A stretch of 64,000 nt of DNA from Chrysomallon squamiferum (Eukaryota > Animalia > Mollusca), in assembly GCA_012295275.1 (NCBI GenBank), contig CM022676.1, forward strand, positions 2,604,001 through 2,668,000. The letters are read 5' to 3'. Positions within the stretch are counted from its first letter, which is position 1. Each line of letters opens with the position of its first letter. The translations under genes were made by a program, and so were the position numbers. Below the pieces are notes generated by a model. The model worked only from the letters and a program-made list of their open reading frames with translations. It did no database searches and had not been told where the DNA came from. This document shows positions 37,289 to 56,644 of this stretch, piece after piece.

Positions 37289-39678
37289 TGCATAGACATA
37301 GAAACATACATCGATACACACACACACACATATATATAATTCAATTTATGTATAGTAAATTATATTAGAGGAATAGTTATTAAGCTATAGCGAATAATCA
37401 TGTTTTTACAGTTATTCAATGTTTAGCTAATTAATGTTGGAATATGGTGTTAATTACACAAAAACTAAATAGCAGAGATTATGCAGACTCCATGGGCTGT
37501 TTAGAAGCTGTGTTATATAATTACGGGAATTTCCATTATTTTTATAAACAAAAAAAAAAAAAAAACACTGGGATTAACTGAGAATAAACATTTAAACTGC
37601 AAAGTGAATTCAGAAAGGCTGACTGCAGTTGTTTTATCCACGTGAGAAATATATATTTTCTGTGTGCATATTAACCAGGATCTTTTGATCAGTGCGCAGT
37701 CTTGCGTCACGTTGTTTGAGGGACATGTACGCGGGACAAAGGATCATTCATGGAATGGTAATTACGTTTAAAGGTCTTTTTCTAACATACATTTTGATTG
37801 CTACAAGATAGCCAGGAATATTTTTATTGTTATTCTGTGGTAGTTACTTATGCTTGAAAACTAAGTAAGATAACTTTCTTTAATAACTAAAAGCTTAGTT
37901 AGAAAGTTAACATAACAAACTGGGCTTAATTAGAACAGTATCTGTCAATGTTTTTGCATTTGAATTATATCGTGAGAATTTTACTATTTATTTATTTTTT
38001 GTTACCATTGATGGTTAATTTATGTGATATATTAAAAAAAAATAACCCATATTCAGTTCTTGTGTTGTTATTCTCTAGTGGATACATAACAGTAATTTAG
38101 TAGCTTAAGCTTTCTCAGATCATTAATAGCTTGTCACTTGACACTATTGTTTGAAAGAAAGAAAGAAAAGAAAACATAATAAGGAAAACAAAATTGAAAA
38201 ATGAAAATAAATAATTTTTCCTCTCTTGCTTATCTAATTCGGAAACGACGGATAACTAATGTAATTATCATTTTCTTTGTTGTTACAAACTGTCATGTCA
38301 TTTTGTTATATCATCTTTTTTGTTTGTCTGGAAATAACGATATACAAAGATCCTGGTCTGTTTGTGTCATGAATATATTGATCTTTTTTTATTATTATTT
38401 TTATTTTTATCTATTACTATATCATTCGAAATGTGTCCTGTTCGATACAGGTTTCTTTTATTTCTTTGTTATCGAAGGAGTAAAACATATAAATAATTAA
38501 AAATGATTTGGTTTCGATTTGGGTGGGTTTAGCTGTGTAAATATATCTTTATGTTATATGTATCAATTCTGTTAAGTCATGTAGTAAGAATAGAGAGAGA
38601 TGCTATTTTAAAACGTAACAAATCAAAGTAGTCACAGAATTATCGTTAGTGAATTACACTCTAAACTCTATTGACAAAAGTTTTTATTCATACTGAATTG
38701 GGTTATTTTAAATAATTGTTATACAAAATACAGCAGTAAGTAATACTGTATGCTGGGCTTAGTCTCTTACTTTTCACTATACTATTGAACTATATAACGT
38801 TCAGCAGTCATTGCTTGACGCTTTTATGTCTAACATTTTAAAAAGCCTTCAGTTTCCATTATACTCATTTGACATTAAACTCATGGGAAAACACTTTAAT
38901 AGTGGTGGGTAACGTAGCTGGGGGGAGCTGCTATATCTTCCATGTAATCTCCACCAACGTCCTAACAGAATTTCTAGTTATAATTTTAAATCAGTAATTA
39001 CTTTTGTTAACATTTTGTATGCATAGATATATATGTTCATGCGTGTGCATACACTCACAAGCAACACCATGACATACACAAACATAAAAAATACATTACA
39101 TATATACATTCACACCCACACAAATACACCATTACGCTCTAATTGTCAACCTGCCCCTTCCATCAGAAATGACGGAAGTACCGTTGTTAAAGACTTGTAC
39201 AACGAACGTTATTATATTATTATTATTAGGGTCGTTATAATGACAAAGCAGTATTTGTCAGTGTTTTATTTTTAGTTTAGTTTCTACTTCCTTGATTACT
39301 TTAGATATTTTTAGAAAAATTAAATAATAAAAAAAATTAGTACTAAGTTCTAAGTTAAATTATTAAAACATTAAAAGATAAAAATGTTCAGGTAGCAGAA
39401 AAAAGACAACTGAAAAATGTTAACTGACAAGAATCAGTTTTGTTTTGCATCATCAGTATCATCTAACAGGAATTTAGCTTCCAATCAACAAACTAAATTA
39501 CACGCCTTGGATGCCTTAACAAAATGATTTAACTAAGATGTATCATTTAAAATTTATAATATTAATTTATTTGCTAACTGAAAATAAGTTTAAAAGATTG
39601 ATGTTGATCAGTCTCTCATCATTAGTAACTGACATTTTAAAGTTTCTGATTTTCTGTTGTGTCTGATTCTTTAGATTT

Positions 39679-43189
<3,511 letters not shown>

Positions 43190-46100
43190 CTGGAACAAAC
43201 AAAAACACCTTTTGTGTTATTTAACTGTGTAGTAATACTGCTTTAAACTGTTTTCAGTTTATACAGTGAAAGTGAATGTGAGACAAATATGAGCTTTACT
43301 CCATAAACAAGTCACACATCTAAAATGAAAACATTATTTGTGCAACAAAAGCTGATAAGAAAAATGAATAAAATATCTTAATATAGGATTTATAATGAGC
43401 AACTGAGAAAATCACAATACATTCTTTACATCAAACAAGATTTTAAAAGTTCCACTACTTAAATTTCAAACAATTCTTTTACACTGCTCCTTGAAAAAAT
43501 AAAAAATCTTGAACACATTTTTATATATATAGTTTTTCTATATAACTTTATAACTTTTCATTGATCTATTGTTAACAGCAACAGATATTTAAAAGTGTCT
43601 CTCTCTCTCTATGCTAGAAAGTGAGTGATTGTAGTAGTTACATTTAATTGGATCTGATTTTTAAGAGTAAAAGTAATAATAATATACAACAGATTTTGTA
43701 TCTGTTACAGGATGAGTCATTACAATATTTACATGGGTGAAACTTCATGTTAATTCATTCATTACAATAGCAATTTATGAAGCTGGTCATATTTGTTAAC
43801 ACTACCAATCTACAAATACTTAAACTTTGTGTAAATACTATTAATCATGTAGCAAATACCAAATATAAAATGTATAACTGAGTTATAACTGCAAATATTA
43901 TTAACAGACAACAAGGACAGTAAGACAGTTTTAGATGCATCATATTCAGTGGTTATAACTGGACTGATATGATAGTTAAAAATGCTCTTGTCTAGCTGAT
44001 TGTATTGTAAGTTTATTATAGGACTGTAACATGTACATTTTCTGTTCTCTGTTTTGCTATAATGAAATGTGACCTTTGACAGCCATGCCGTGTCAAATGG
44101 ATGTCCAAATGTTATCTGCATCCCTCATAACAAGCCAGCTTAATTATTCTCAGATACAATTTGCAGTTAGTAATATTAACAAATATTGAAAATTACAATT
44201 TTAATATTTAATGTAATCACAAAAAATCTGATACATATTAATAATCATAATAATAATTATTAGTGGTAATAAAAAAACAAAAATCAATAAAAAATAAAAA
44301 TTAACAGGAATAAAGTATGAGGTAAAATGTATAATATAACAAAACCAGTGAATGCTGACTTAATAAAGAAAATTAGTACATCTATTTATTTCATGATGTT
44401 TTAGTATCATTATCAAAGTTCAAAACTGAACTGAAGATTATTTTTAATTATATTCACCATTATCTTTCTATTTAATGTGATCCTTATACTTACATGATTT
44501 CAGTTTTGCCTCTGTTTTGTGTGAAACAGAAGATGGGATAAAACATTGTCACAGAAAAAAAATTGAAATACTATCTATTACTTAAATAATTACCAGCTTG
44601 TTAAAGGAAGGAGTACTCACATGTATATATGTATACAAACACTGACTGACTGTGTTGTTTCTGCTGTTGTAAATTATATAACAATATATTAACCTATTTA
44701 AAAATGAACACAATTTTTAAACCATATGAAAACTATCAATAAATAGAAAAATAAGTAAAAGAGTATACTAATTTCAAAAACAAACACAAACCTAAACATA
44801 AATCTAAGAATGACATTTCAAAGTAATTTTGAGTAAATATCTTAAAAAAATGAAAATATAAAAAATAAACAGTCTGGGTTTCATGCTTTGTACTTAACAG
44901 TAACATCATGTTATAACTACACCAGCCATGATATAGAACTTTAAACAGCGGTCTGAGTAAAGACTTTTATTCAGCTAATATTTTAAAACAGCCAGACACT
45001 TAGAAACAAGCAGCTAAATATGCCACAGCATTAATTATAAGTCTGAGACTGTGACCACTAGAAGCATGCTTGAACACATGTATGATGGGAAAGCATGGCT
45101 AAAAATTACCCACATCCAATGATTAGCAATACTGAATTGTATTATTGTAAATAAAGCTAATTTAAAAAGGAGATTTTGAAGTCAGTACTTTTAACAAAAG
45201 TATTAAAGTATAAGTTTAATGTAATAACAAATTTTTAATTTTTATTTTAGGAGTAAAGGATGAGATGAGACATAACAGTATGAAAGACTCGAACCAAGTG
45301 ACAGTTATTTAACTAATCTATAAATACACATCATGTATTCATATACAATTACCTATTAATATAATAATAATTAACAGTTTTATAGCTAAATAGTAAAATA
45401 ATATAAATAATTATGTAACTTTTCAAACTGGACTTTATCAGAAAAATTATATGTATCACCAATACAAATATTATAATTATAATTATTATTTTTATTAAAA
45501 TTAATTAGTGATTTTGGAAAATAAGGTTTCAGTTCTCTTTATTAAAACCAGTGGAAGGGGAACTGAGGTTTCATGAATGATTAGCACAAGGTTAGGGCTA
45601 ACAATGTGATTATGTTACTTACTGCTTGATGGTGTTGTTTCTGTTCATGTTGATTCTAATAGAAACACATTAATAGGAATAAAATAAATAATGTTTATGA
45701 ATTAAACTTTAGTATGGTAAAAACAAGTGAAGTGGAGAAAATACATTTTAAAAAAGAAAATTAATAATATCCAATAAATAATAATATTAATAACAAAATT
45801 ATTATTACTGTAATATCAAAGGACAAGGTGATGCAAAATGTGTAATCTGATTACTAAAACTAGACAAGTAACAGTAATATCTAATTTACAAACTATAATT
45901 GCAGATAATAATATAATCAGAAATATAATCATATCAAATGTAAACATTCTGGTCCGTCTCATCAAAATGACCATCCAGGATATTCCACAACAAAACATAC
46001 TGACAGAGCAGGCCAACAATTGGTAATTTCTGGGCTCAAACCATACATATTCAACATATGTATTGGTGAAACTTTACATATATAAAAACCAGGTATATAA

Positions 46101-46316
46101 TAGTAATAGTGATGCTCTATCATCTGTTGAAGAAGGAAAGAAAGAATGAAAGAGAAAATAAATTTGTTTCAAAGTTTTTCACAATTTTATTTAATATATT
46201 TTAATCTGTCATGGAAGTTCTTACTGCAAACATTATATTCAAAACTGTTAAAAAGTGTTTATAAAAGGTTTTACAGTATAATAAAACAGCAGATTTGCAT
46301 TTATGTCACTCTCTCT

Positions 46317-46360
<44 letters not shown>

Positions 46361-48096
46361 CAGGCATTAAGCTGTAACTTTATCTATGTTAATAAGCATA
46401 TTACTTAGTGTGGAACTAAAACAGTCAACATAGTATAAACTTCTTTTTAAAGCTTTTTTTTTTTATATCAGAATTAGAAGATAGAAATAAAGCTATTCCT
46501 TGATTAGTTAAGCAGAATCCACAAACAATCACTGGCATCTAGAAATTATCTGAAATAATGAAGAACGTAGCTAAGTGTATTGAGCTGAAGCAAAACGAAA
46601 AGTCTGGAATAAAAAACAAATTAATTTGGATCTGCTTCATTTGTTTATAACTTGATTTTCACATCAATAGTAGTAATATGTTTTGTTTTCTGTTGATCAA
46701 CATTATTGTGATTCTGTCTGGTTGGATGTTGGCTGTCTGCTGTATTGTTGCTCACGTCAGTTTTATTCAGTGAATCAGTGACTGACTGTTGACAAACTTC
46801 AGATCTTGTGTGTTCTTCACAGACATCTTTACTGATTGGGTTGATTCGCAGGTTTTACATATGTCTGATTATATGAGTAATCTTCAGAAATTTCATTATC
46901 TTCATCACTTCCATGGTTCCAAGACATATTGTGTGAAGATTAATTACCAATACATAAAAATCACGCCTTCTCTTATTTTCAATGGTAATGTTAGAAAATC
47001 AATTATAACAAACGGCATCAAACGCGTTTATGTAATTTTATAAACTCTTCCCTTACTTTGTTACATAATCAGAAATAAGAAAAATGAAGTGTTTCAAATG
47101 TATCAATGTTGATTAAGCTTTATAAGTTTGTCTTTGTTTCTACACTGAAACCCACATATCCATGAAAATATTTACTACAGATAATATTTTAAAAGTAAAT
47201 GCGGCATCTCAAGAAAAAAAGAGATGAGACAAGCGGGGCTTCCACAACCCAAGTTTCACTTTCATTTACATTGAGATAATAGGAAAGGAACTTGAAACTT
47301 TGGTCTTACATTATAAAATAAATTATGTTGTTAATATTAATTATACTATAAAGACTACACATATAAAATAAATCTCCTAGTTAATATTAATTATACTACA
47401 AACACTACACATATAAAATAAATCGCATTGTTAATATTAATTGTATTACAAATAATACACGTATAAAATAAATCACCTTTTTAATATTAATTATACTACA
47501 AATATAAAAAACAAACAACACATATATAAAATAAATCTACTTTGTAAAATTAATGATTCTAAGAATATAAAACTGCAAGCAATACAGATATAAAATAAAT
47601 CTCCTGGCTACTATTAATTCTACTACACATTTAAAACACCAAATAATGCAGACATAAAATAAATATTGTTCATAATGTTAATTATACTACAAAGACAAAA
47701 CATGAAAATGAAACAGACGAAAATTTAAGTAAAAATAATAAAAAATTAGCCCTCCTCTACTGAAAATATGAATCTCGTGATGGTTTATTAAGAATTATTT
47801 AACATAAAAACAACCATAGGTTTGACATCTTCGACATATAAGACACTGTATTTTTTAGGTTAAATACGTATATATATTTAGGTATACATATAGATAGATA
47901 GATACATAGATAGATGTAATTACGTGAGATGTATGTATGTCTAAGTTATCTATGTATTTATGTATCTGTGCATAGATATATATATATATCCATATATATA
48001 TATATTTGGATATGGAAGGAAAAAAATGAAGAGACAGACAGACTACTGAAGAGAGGAAAAGACAGTCAAAACTGCTTCACCGTTTCACAGACTTAC

Positions 48097-48214
48097 ACGA
48101 ACAAGAAAACGCTGACTACGACGAGTAACACAGAAGAGACTACAGCAACGGCAGTTACAGCAGTTTTGTTACATTCACAATCGATGATATTTTCTTTTAC
48201 AGTCGATGTGACAT
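48097..48214 (-). CDS. Gene C copy 2 stalk + TM1 exon
   Basis: 118 nt, consensus GTAAGT donor. Confidence 0.72.
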
Positions 48215-48877
48215 CTGGCTTGGGAGGCAACGTTAAATATGTTCATATAATTAATGATTATAAACCAAGTCAGTATCATCCATGATTACACCGAATATAC
48301 AAACACAATATTTGATAAAATTGTTTAGTCCGTGTATTCAAATTAATTTTCAACTTCAAGGTAAACACAATCAACTTTACTGTAAAGATGTGTTGACAAA
48401 ATAATTATTTAAGACATTACATATATAGTGTGTATTATCTATATTTTTATAGCTATCCTCATTATTACATCTAAATCTTATAAATTTAGGAGTAACTGTA
48501 CAGCTTACTAAGCAGTATAAACCACGAGTTTCAAACTTGTAAAGATATCGGCATCAAATAACATAAAATAAAAATATTGTAGTATCTTTTCTTTCTCGCT
48601 TATTGACTTAGATATTTTTACACAAGTACAAATAGCAGACATAAAACACATGAACATTTCATTTATCTGAAATGGCATCTTCACTTACTTTCTCTAGTAA
48701 TGTTCTATAATCAGTAATAAAAGAAGTGAATTCACCCAAATACGTCAACAACTAATATTATATAAAAAACCAAGTTTTAACTTTCTTTCGTTGGTAATGT
48801 TATATAATCAACAACAAAAGAAATGAAATTCTCTAAATGCACGACAACTCATAAAAATATATCATGTTTTCACTTAC

Positions 48878-49279
48878 TTAGTATGTTGATGTTTTCAGAA
48901 CTTTCAAAGAAATGTGGACGACCATCAAGTGTGTTATAGCCAATTCCACAGAAATATTCTCCTGAATCACTGCAAGTCATTCCTGTCAGTTGAATCTGGA
49001 TAAAAGATCCTGATTTGTCATTGTTGTCAGACTTTCCTGTCACTGTCGCTCTAGATCCAAAGTTATTTACATCTTTTAAAACAGCTTTACCTCCATTCAT
49101 TAGTGTGACAGCAGAAGCTATCATAACACTAGTACTGGGATTGCTGAGAAGTCTTCTCCTCACTGTTAAAGAACTAAGTGCACCAACATGACTGATAATG
49201 TTACCAAGACTACATCTGACTGTGACAGGAACTCCTTCATAAACAGGACTTGGGCTGATTGTGAGTTGTGCGGCTTCAC
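48878..49279 (-). CDS. Gene C copy 2 V-like Ig exon
   Basis: 402 nt, open; ...IISHVGALSSLTVRRR...MTCSDSGEYFCGIGYNTLDGRPHFF. Confidence 0.88.
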
Positions 49280-50255
49280 CTGTAAATAAACATGAACAAA
49301 GAAATAAATTAAAAATGTAATAAACGTTTTCAATGTCAATGTTATATATTTCTTAATCTGAATAATACGTTTTTCATATAAATCAGAAGAAAACATTAAT
49401 TTTAATTTAATGAGTTTGCTTCCATATTTCAAATATTTCATCACATATTGTAGCGCAATTGAAGAATTTTTCTATGTCAAATTCATAGAATAATAGATTA
49501 GTAATGTATTTAAATAAATTTAAACCACTAAGTTTGAAACAAACAAAAAAATGAAACAATAATATTCTCAAGAGATTATTTAAAATGCAAAAGATTAATA
49601 ATAGAATAAGAACATTTTTCGAAATAAAATGTAAATAAAAACACAGTATTTAAGAGGAAAGTATAATTGACGGGAGTAATATGATTATATTTTCAAACAC
49701 ACGGATACACTCAGATAGAAAGCAGGACAGACAGACAGGCAGAGAGAGAGACACAGCCATGCACACAATAGAAATAGATTTCATTTATATTTCAAAAATA
49801 AATTATATAATGTAACGGTCTGAATGTAGATATAAATATACTGCAATATCAGTCAGATAACATCGCATGTACATCAAGCAGCTATATTTTGATAAAGATA
49901 ATCAGTTACAAATAAAAAACAACCACTCGAGAACTATAAATATATGACACCCAACACTGCACTTATCCAAACTAAAAATCACTTATAAACCTGTTTATAA
50001 AATACTTGTATTTAGAGCTAAACAAAAACAGTTGAAGTCAATGTTAAACTTGTTAATAAAATAACAGTCATTGTTGTGGACATCGTTAAACAATCTAAGA
50101 ACAACGTAAATGAAGAAATGTAACACTAAGAGATAAAAAAAGAAATCAGTTCAAAGACCTATTTATAAAATACTTCATCGTCTCATCGACATGTCTGTGA
50201 AAGACAAGTGTTATAGTTATTAAGACATAAACAAAAACAAATAAATAGAACTTAC

Positions 50256-50310
50256 CAGTTGAAGTCAATGTTAAACTTGTTAATAAAATAACAGTGATTA
50301 CTGTGGACAT
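50256..50310 (-). CDS. Gene C copy 2 signal peptide exon MSTVITVILLTSLTLTST(G)
   Basis: 55 nt, G|GTAAGT. Confidence 0.85.
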
Positions 50311-50873
50311 GGTTAAAAAAATCTAAGAAAAACGGAAACGAAGACGTGTAACAGCGGGTCATGTGACCGGTGACATAAAGAAACTATACCCTCTGTGATT
50401 GTTGTCTCCCCTAGTCTACTGTAAAATCTAAGAAATAAAATCTGCGATTAAAGCACTGACTTAGTTTTTTTAACTGTAAATAATCTTTATAAACTGTTGA
50501 ATGGTCTGCACATATCGAGACAGTTGTTGCACACTCAACAGGAGATGTTATTGTTTTATTTTAAATACAAGGCGCTAGTCAAGCACTGGAAGAAAGCAGA
50601 TACGAAATAACATGAAAATGAAAGAGAGAATACACAAATGGAAGGGGAGAAGAAAGTATAAGAAAGGAGAAAGAGAAGAAAACAGAATTTAGAACATATA
50701 ATCTATTTATGCTTTATAAATATTATAAATAATTACTTTTGTCCACTGTTAAAGATTTTCCTGTCTAATTATAAATAACTATCTCACAATCCTTTGTAAA
50801 ACATTTCACATTTAAATAGACTTTAAGATTAAATTTATTAAACAACAATAACAATGAAAATAATAACAATGAA

Positions 50874-50931
<58 letters not shown>

Positions 50932-53575
50932 AATAAATAAATAAATAAATAAATAAAGTAAATGCACTTCACAGGTACTGATAGTAAAAAAATATTAAAA
51001 GTAAGGTTTTATTAATTCATATAAATAAAGGCTGCTTTCATTTCAGTACTTGATATATTATTTAAAATTCAGAAGCTGATAAGGGTAGAATATTACGTTA
51101 GCTAGTTGAATAATTAAAGCAGTGCGTTTAATCTAATTTAAGCACGAATTAAATCTCTAATAAGATTGGCAAAGAGTTAATAAATTAAGAAGTTAATATA
51201 TTCTGTTAAACAAAATAACCAACACACTGAAGAATGATAAGAACATGAAAGGGAAAATAACTGTCGACGAAGCTTTTAAAACAATTCGTAAAATAATTCT
51301 TGAGGAAGCTTTCAAAACAATTCTTTCTTTTTTTTTTTTTTTATTCATTGCGCTGATTTGTTGTTCTCTTTATTTTGTATAAGTGCAGTGTTGGGTGTCA
51401 TATATTTATAGTTCTGCAGTGGTTGTTTTATATTTATAGCTGAGTATCTTTATCAGGTATCTGTGTCAGGTACATGCGATGTTATCTGATTGATGCTGCA
51501 GAAAACTAATACACATATTCAGACGGTTACATTATATAATTTATTTTTGAAGTATATAAATACTCAGTAGTATTAAATACTCAGGCTTTCTTTCAGTGAA
51601 TTTGCTAGTGGGGGTATTCTTCTGTGAAAGTGTTTTTTAATTCTCATAAACTATAGGATTACTTAAGAGAGAAGACTGCAATACAGATATATAGTAACAC
51701 AATTAAAGCGCTCATCCGGATCACTCAGGGGTTTGTTCACAATAGATTAACGTTGGCTGGACGAGAGTTTCAAATGGTGCCGGTTTTCTTAAAGTAATTG
51801 TTTGAAGGGTCGTGAAAAAGCAACCAGACAAAGCTCAGTGAAGGAAGATATGTAGGACAGACACACAGACAGAGAGTAAGTAGACTTACACGAAGATGAC
51901 AACGCCGACTACCACGAGTAGCATTGAACAGACTGAGTGAACAGCAGCTACGGCATCTGTGGGCTTGGAAATAGCCGGTTCACCTAATTCAATAATACAT
52001 GATAATGAGGAAAGTCAACATGTTCAACGTATTAGACACAATATGTGACTGTAAAAAAAAAAAGATGTACGTTGGAATTCGTGGCGAAGATTAAAATGTT
52101 CAAGTATAGTGTAAAAACGATTTAACTAAATTGCAGAAATATTGTTTTCGTTATGTTATTTTCATAATATTGATTAAGTACTTTTATTCAATTATAGTGG
52201 TAGATAGATTATATAGATTCAATCGCTGATAAACAGACAAAGAAGTATATAGTTATATATAATATAATAGATACATACATACATACATACATAGATACAT
52301 GGATGGATGGATGGAGAGAGAGACAGACAGACTGAGAGACACACAGAGAGACAGAAGATAAAAGTCTATATTATAACGAATCTTATGTCATAATCAAATA
52401 AATTAAACACTCACACAATTTCAGTTTCAGTGGTATTTATAAATGATTAAGCCAATAATTTACCTCATCAGCATGAAATCAGACAAAATTAAAATAAAAT
52501 ATTGCAAAACAGCAAAAGAAAAGCTATTATCACAAATAAAATCAAGATTTTCCATAAGTGTTAACTGTGATATATATATAGTCACATTATTGGACTGCGA
52601 ATTGAACTGAAACTTTTTGAGTTAAATGAATACATTTCTCAAGAGTATTTATTTGATAAAAAATAATGTCGTTTTGATGGCATCATCTAAGTGATTTGGT
52701 TTTAATTAGATATAAACTATTTGTAAGTAAACTTAATGAATAAAAAATGTATTACAATTTCAGCGTCTCTGTATGTGTTTCACAGTATATACGACGTTGT
52801 CCGTTACCACAATCAAATTACACTAAATGTAAAATATACTAAATGTGCTTACCCGAAACAGAAATCAAAATGTTGATGTTACAAACAAAATTAATCGTAC
52901 TTTGAATTTTAGTGGGAACCCCCGAAAGATTGTCAGTTACGTAAACCAATAAGCTGGTTTCTACAACAAATGGCAAAACATTATGTTTAAAGTAAGTTTT
53001 TCGAAACGAAGGAATTTACATTTATTGTATTTATTACTAATTTATATTTATTGTTTACATTCATACCTTTATTTTAGTTTTATTAGTATATGAATTTTAG
53101 TTTGTTCCGTTCATAGAAACACATACACACACACACACTGACCTATATTTGAAAATATAATTTGTTTATACCTAGGTTTTGTATGAAATACAAAACAAAT
53201 TAATGTTATGGTCTAAGAGGAACAACTCTAAAATGAGTTTTCAGATTTACTTGTTTTCGTTAACTATGTTACAAAATTTAATACAATTACAATATAGTTA
53301 CGTTTTAAAAAATACTGAAAACAAGAACTCAATAATTACATTTATTCCAGTATTAAGGAATAAGAGAAAATTAAAATTAATTCAAAGTACAACCAAAGTG
53401 ACTGTTCCGAAGTTATATTTTAGAGTTATTCCCCTTACACCGTTAAATTTTTTTTCTTGAAACTAATCCTAAATGTATATATTTTGCTTTTCTTTCCTTT
53501 TAGTTTATTTATTTATTAATTTTTATCAGCGCTAGTAATATATTTTTTTATTCTACTCATTAATCTTCCCTCTAT

Positions 53576-53607
<32 letters not shown>

Positions 53608-56001
53608 AATAATAAAAAAAAAAATAATAACAATAATAATAATAATAATAGTAATAATAATAATAACAATAATACTAAATTAATATGAAGTTACTTTTAG
53701 CATTAACCTTTGACAATTTTTGGCTTTTATGACAAAAAAATTATAATTTGCACTTCTTCTTTTCATTTACTTCATTTAAAAATGTTATTCAGTATTTGTT
53801 TAACTTTTTTTTATTTAATTTAATTTTATTTCTTATTCAAGCTTTACATTTATATATTAAAAGTTAAAATATGATCACAATATGGAATAAATGTCAAATT
53901 AAAATAAATTTGTTCTCTACGTAATCTTTCTTTCTTAATAAATGAAAAATAAAATAGTTTGTTGTTTCAATCTTTTTTGTTTCTTTTTTGTTTATGTATT
54001 TATTATTATTAGTAGTAATACTGGTAGTTGGAGTAGCAATAGAAGTAGTTTCCCTTTCTGTTTCCTAGACTTTATTTTGTGACATATTTAGAGTTATGGT
54101 TATGGGTATGGCTAAGTCTTGGGTTAGAAATATTTTGTAGATAAAACACGTCAAATGTTAAAAATTTGTTTTAGAATAAAAAACTAAAGAAAAAATCAAA
54201 TAAAACAACAAAAACAACAATAACAACAACAACAATAATGGTAACAATAATAATAATAATAATTATAATAATAATAATAATAAAATTAACAATGACAATA
54301 ACAAATAAATAAATAAATAAATAAAACAAATTAATTCAGTAAATACAGGACATTGCTTATCAAGGTTAGGAACAGATTTAAATGCAAATATTTCATAAAA
54401 CATAATAGACAATACAATGGATATTAATTGTTAATTGAATAAAATTTTAGTTTCTTGATTTTTTTTTTTTTTCTTTTTTAAATGTATGGCTCATGACTAC
54501 ACTAGAATTTGACAACTCACCTACTAACTTGACTTTGATTTTTAAAATACTAATTATGATTACTGCATCAACAATTATTTATCTAAATGAAGCATGCATA
54601 TATATATATTTCTTCAGTTTCTTATATCTCTCTCTCTGTATATATATATATATATATATAAAGATATAGATATAGATATAAATATAAGAAACGTAAGAAA
54701 TATTTTTTTAAATAATAAAATTAAATAAATAACTAATTAAATAAATATAAAAATGTAATCATCATGAACATATTCATTTTTTATGGAATCTACTTTCAGT
54801 TGTCTGCATTACATTTCTCAAGGCTACCTACTAATATAAATATTGATAATGAAAATAAAAATATTAATCAAACAATAGATTTTTAAGAATAAAGAAATAT
54901 CTTTTAAACTAAATATATTTATTATGCTAATGTTTGCTATTAGTAAATCACAAACTTTTATTTATTGGAGGACATTTTGTTTTTGTATGTTTTACTCTTT
55001 TACAAATTTTTGAGATGCACTTGGCTTCATTACACATAAGCTGAAAGATTATTTGTTTCTGGGATTTGATTTGACAGAGTGACAACTTTGCAAGAAAATT
55101 TGAATAACTAATTATCGCAGTTTTATTCAAATGTGAAGTTTGCTCGTCACCATTAATATGAAAATTCCCGGCCACATGTTGCATGTATAAGATACATGTA
55201 TGAATGCGTTCTTCTTTGTAGTGTGCGTATTTATATTTGAATGCATTTTTATTTGTTTATTAAGGAAGAAAGGTTTTATTTTTTCATCTAATACTCACTG
55301 TAACAATGCTTAATGTTTAATTCTTCTCAAAATATTTTGTTCCTAAAATCTCATCTACATGCGTTTGAACTGTAATATCTTTGTTTATGAAATTAGCATT
55401 TTATATTTATTGTTTACGTTCATACTTTTCTTTTGTTTTTATTAGTAGACGGATTATTGTTTTTCGCTTTATTGAAATACATGCGCGCCCGCGCACACAT
55501 ACGGCATACACACATCTGTAATTGAAAAAAAATATATATTTTTTTTTATTCCTAGGTTTCGTATTATGATTACTTATTTATTTATTTATTTATTATTCAG
55601 CTCGTATTAATGGAAAATCTAGAAGATACAAAAGTGTCCTGCACGTGAATACGTGTGGACTGCAAAGCAAAGTTCGTTCTCAGTTTAAATCTGCTGTGAT
55701 GACGTGCATAGTGGACGCTGTATTTTTTCTTCTGATACAGTTCATTTTCGACTGAGAAAGAAAACATTATCAAATTCGAAGTATAAGAAATACATTTTGA
55801 TTTTTTCGTATTCTTGGAAGACATACTGAAATGGCTATGACATTTTTACTTGATTAATATTCCTAATACCACATAACTTAGCCATGTTCTAAGGAATCCA
55901 CATGTTGCATGTATGCGTACTTGTTCGTATTGTTTGTACATATATGTGGCTTCGTCTTTGTTTGTCTAATACTCACCATAACAATGTATTCTATTTAACA
56001 G

Positions 56002-56644
56002 TCATAGTGATAGTTCTTATAAAAATTATAAGTATCCTGGGAGCTGAGATTGGAAAACCTGACAGCCTAATCAAATCTGTGTTTTCCAAGCCAAACTTCA
56101 CAACATTTGCTTGGAGTAACTTTGATAAACAAACACATTATAATAACACAGATGTAGTAGAGGAAAATGTTACATTACAAATACACAGAAAAACAGCAAC
56201 AGATTGTGGTTACACGTTTTCTCTCAGTATCAGTAATTTTACTCAAGATGACATTGGAACATACAAACTGTCTGTCTGTAATAAGGTTGGATGCTCTCAG
56301 TTATCTCTGAACCTAACTGGAGCAGGTCCACCTCTTCCTCCTAAAGAGTTCCAACAAGAAAGAAAATCAACATCAGACACAGTGTTCTTGCCATGGCTGG
56401 CTACCTAACTACCCAGGTGGTAATTTCAAACAAAGATTTATACTGCAGTACAAATTACAAAGTGACTCTAACTGGATTACTTGGACAAGTAAATGGTTTA
56501 ATGACTCAACACAGGGACAGAAAATATTTTATAACATCACCAATCTCCACGATAAAACAGTTTATGATGTGAGAATCTCAGCTGAAAACATGAGAACTTC
56601 AGACAATATGAGCAATTATGTCACCTTTCAAGTAATTACAAAAG
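56002..56644 (+). pseudogene. Gene E Ig + FN3 exon with 4-nt duplication frameshift at ~56395-56402
   Basis: FAW...LSISNFTQDDIGTYKLSVCNKVG...GPPLPP..TVFLPW / shift (tggctggcta) / LPNYPGGNFKQRFILQYK...W...ITNLHDKTVYDVRISAEN; donor G|GTTAGT. Confidence 0.82.

Noticed and set aside
53040-55990. Short direct repeats (53040-53180 vs 55400-55565; ~55172-55305 vs ~55898-55985)
   Set aside because: Degenerate AT-rich local duplications with no termini or coding signal to assign.
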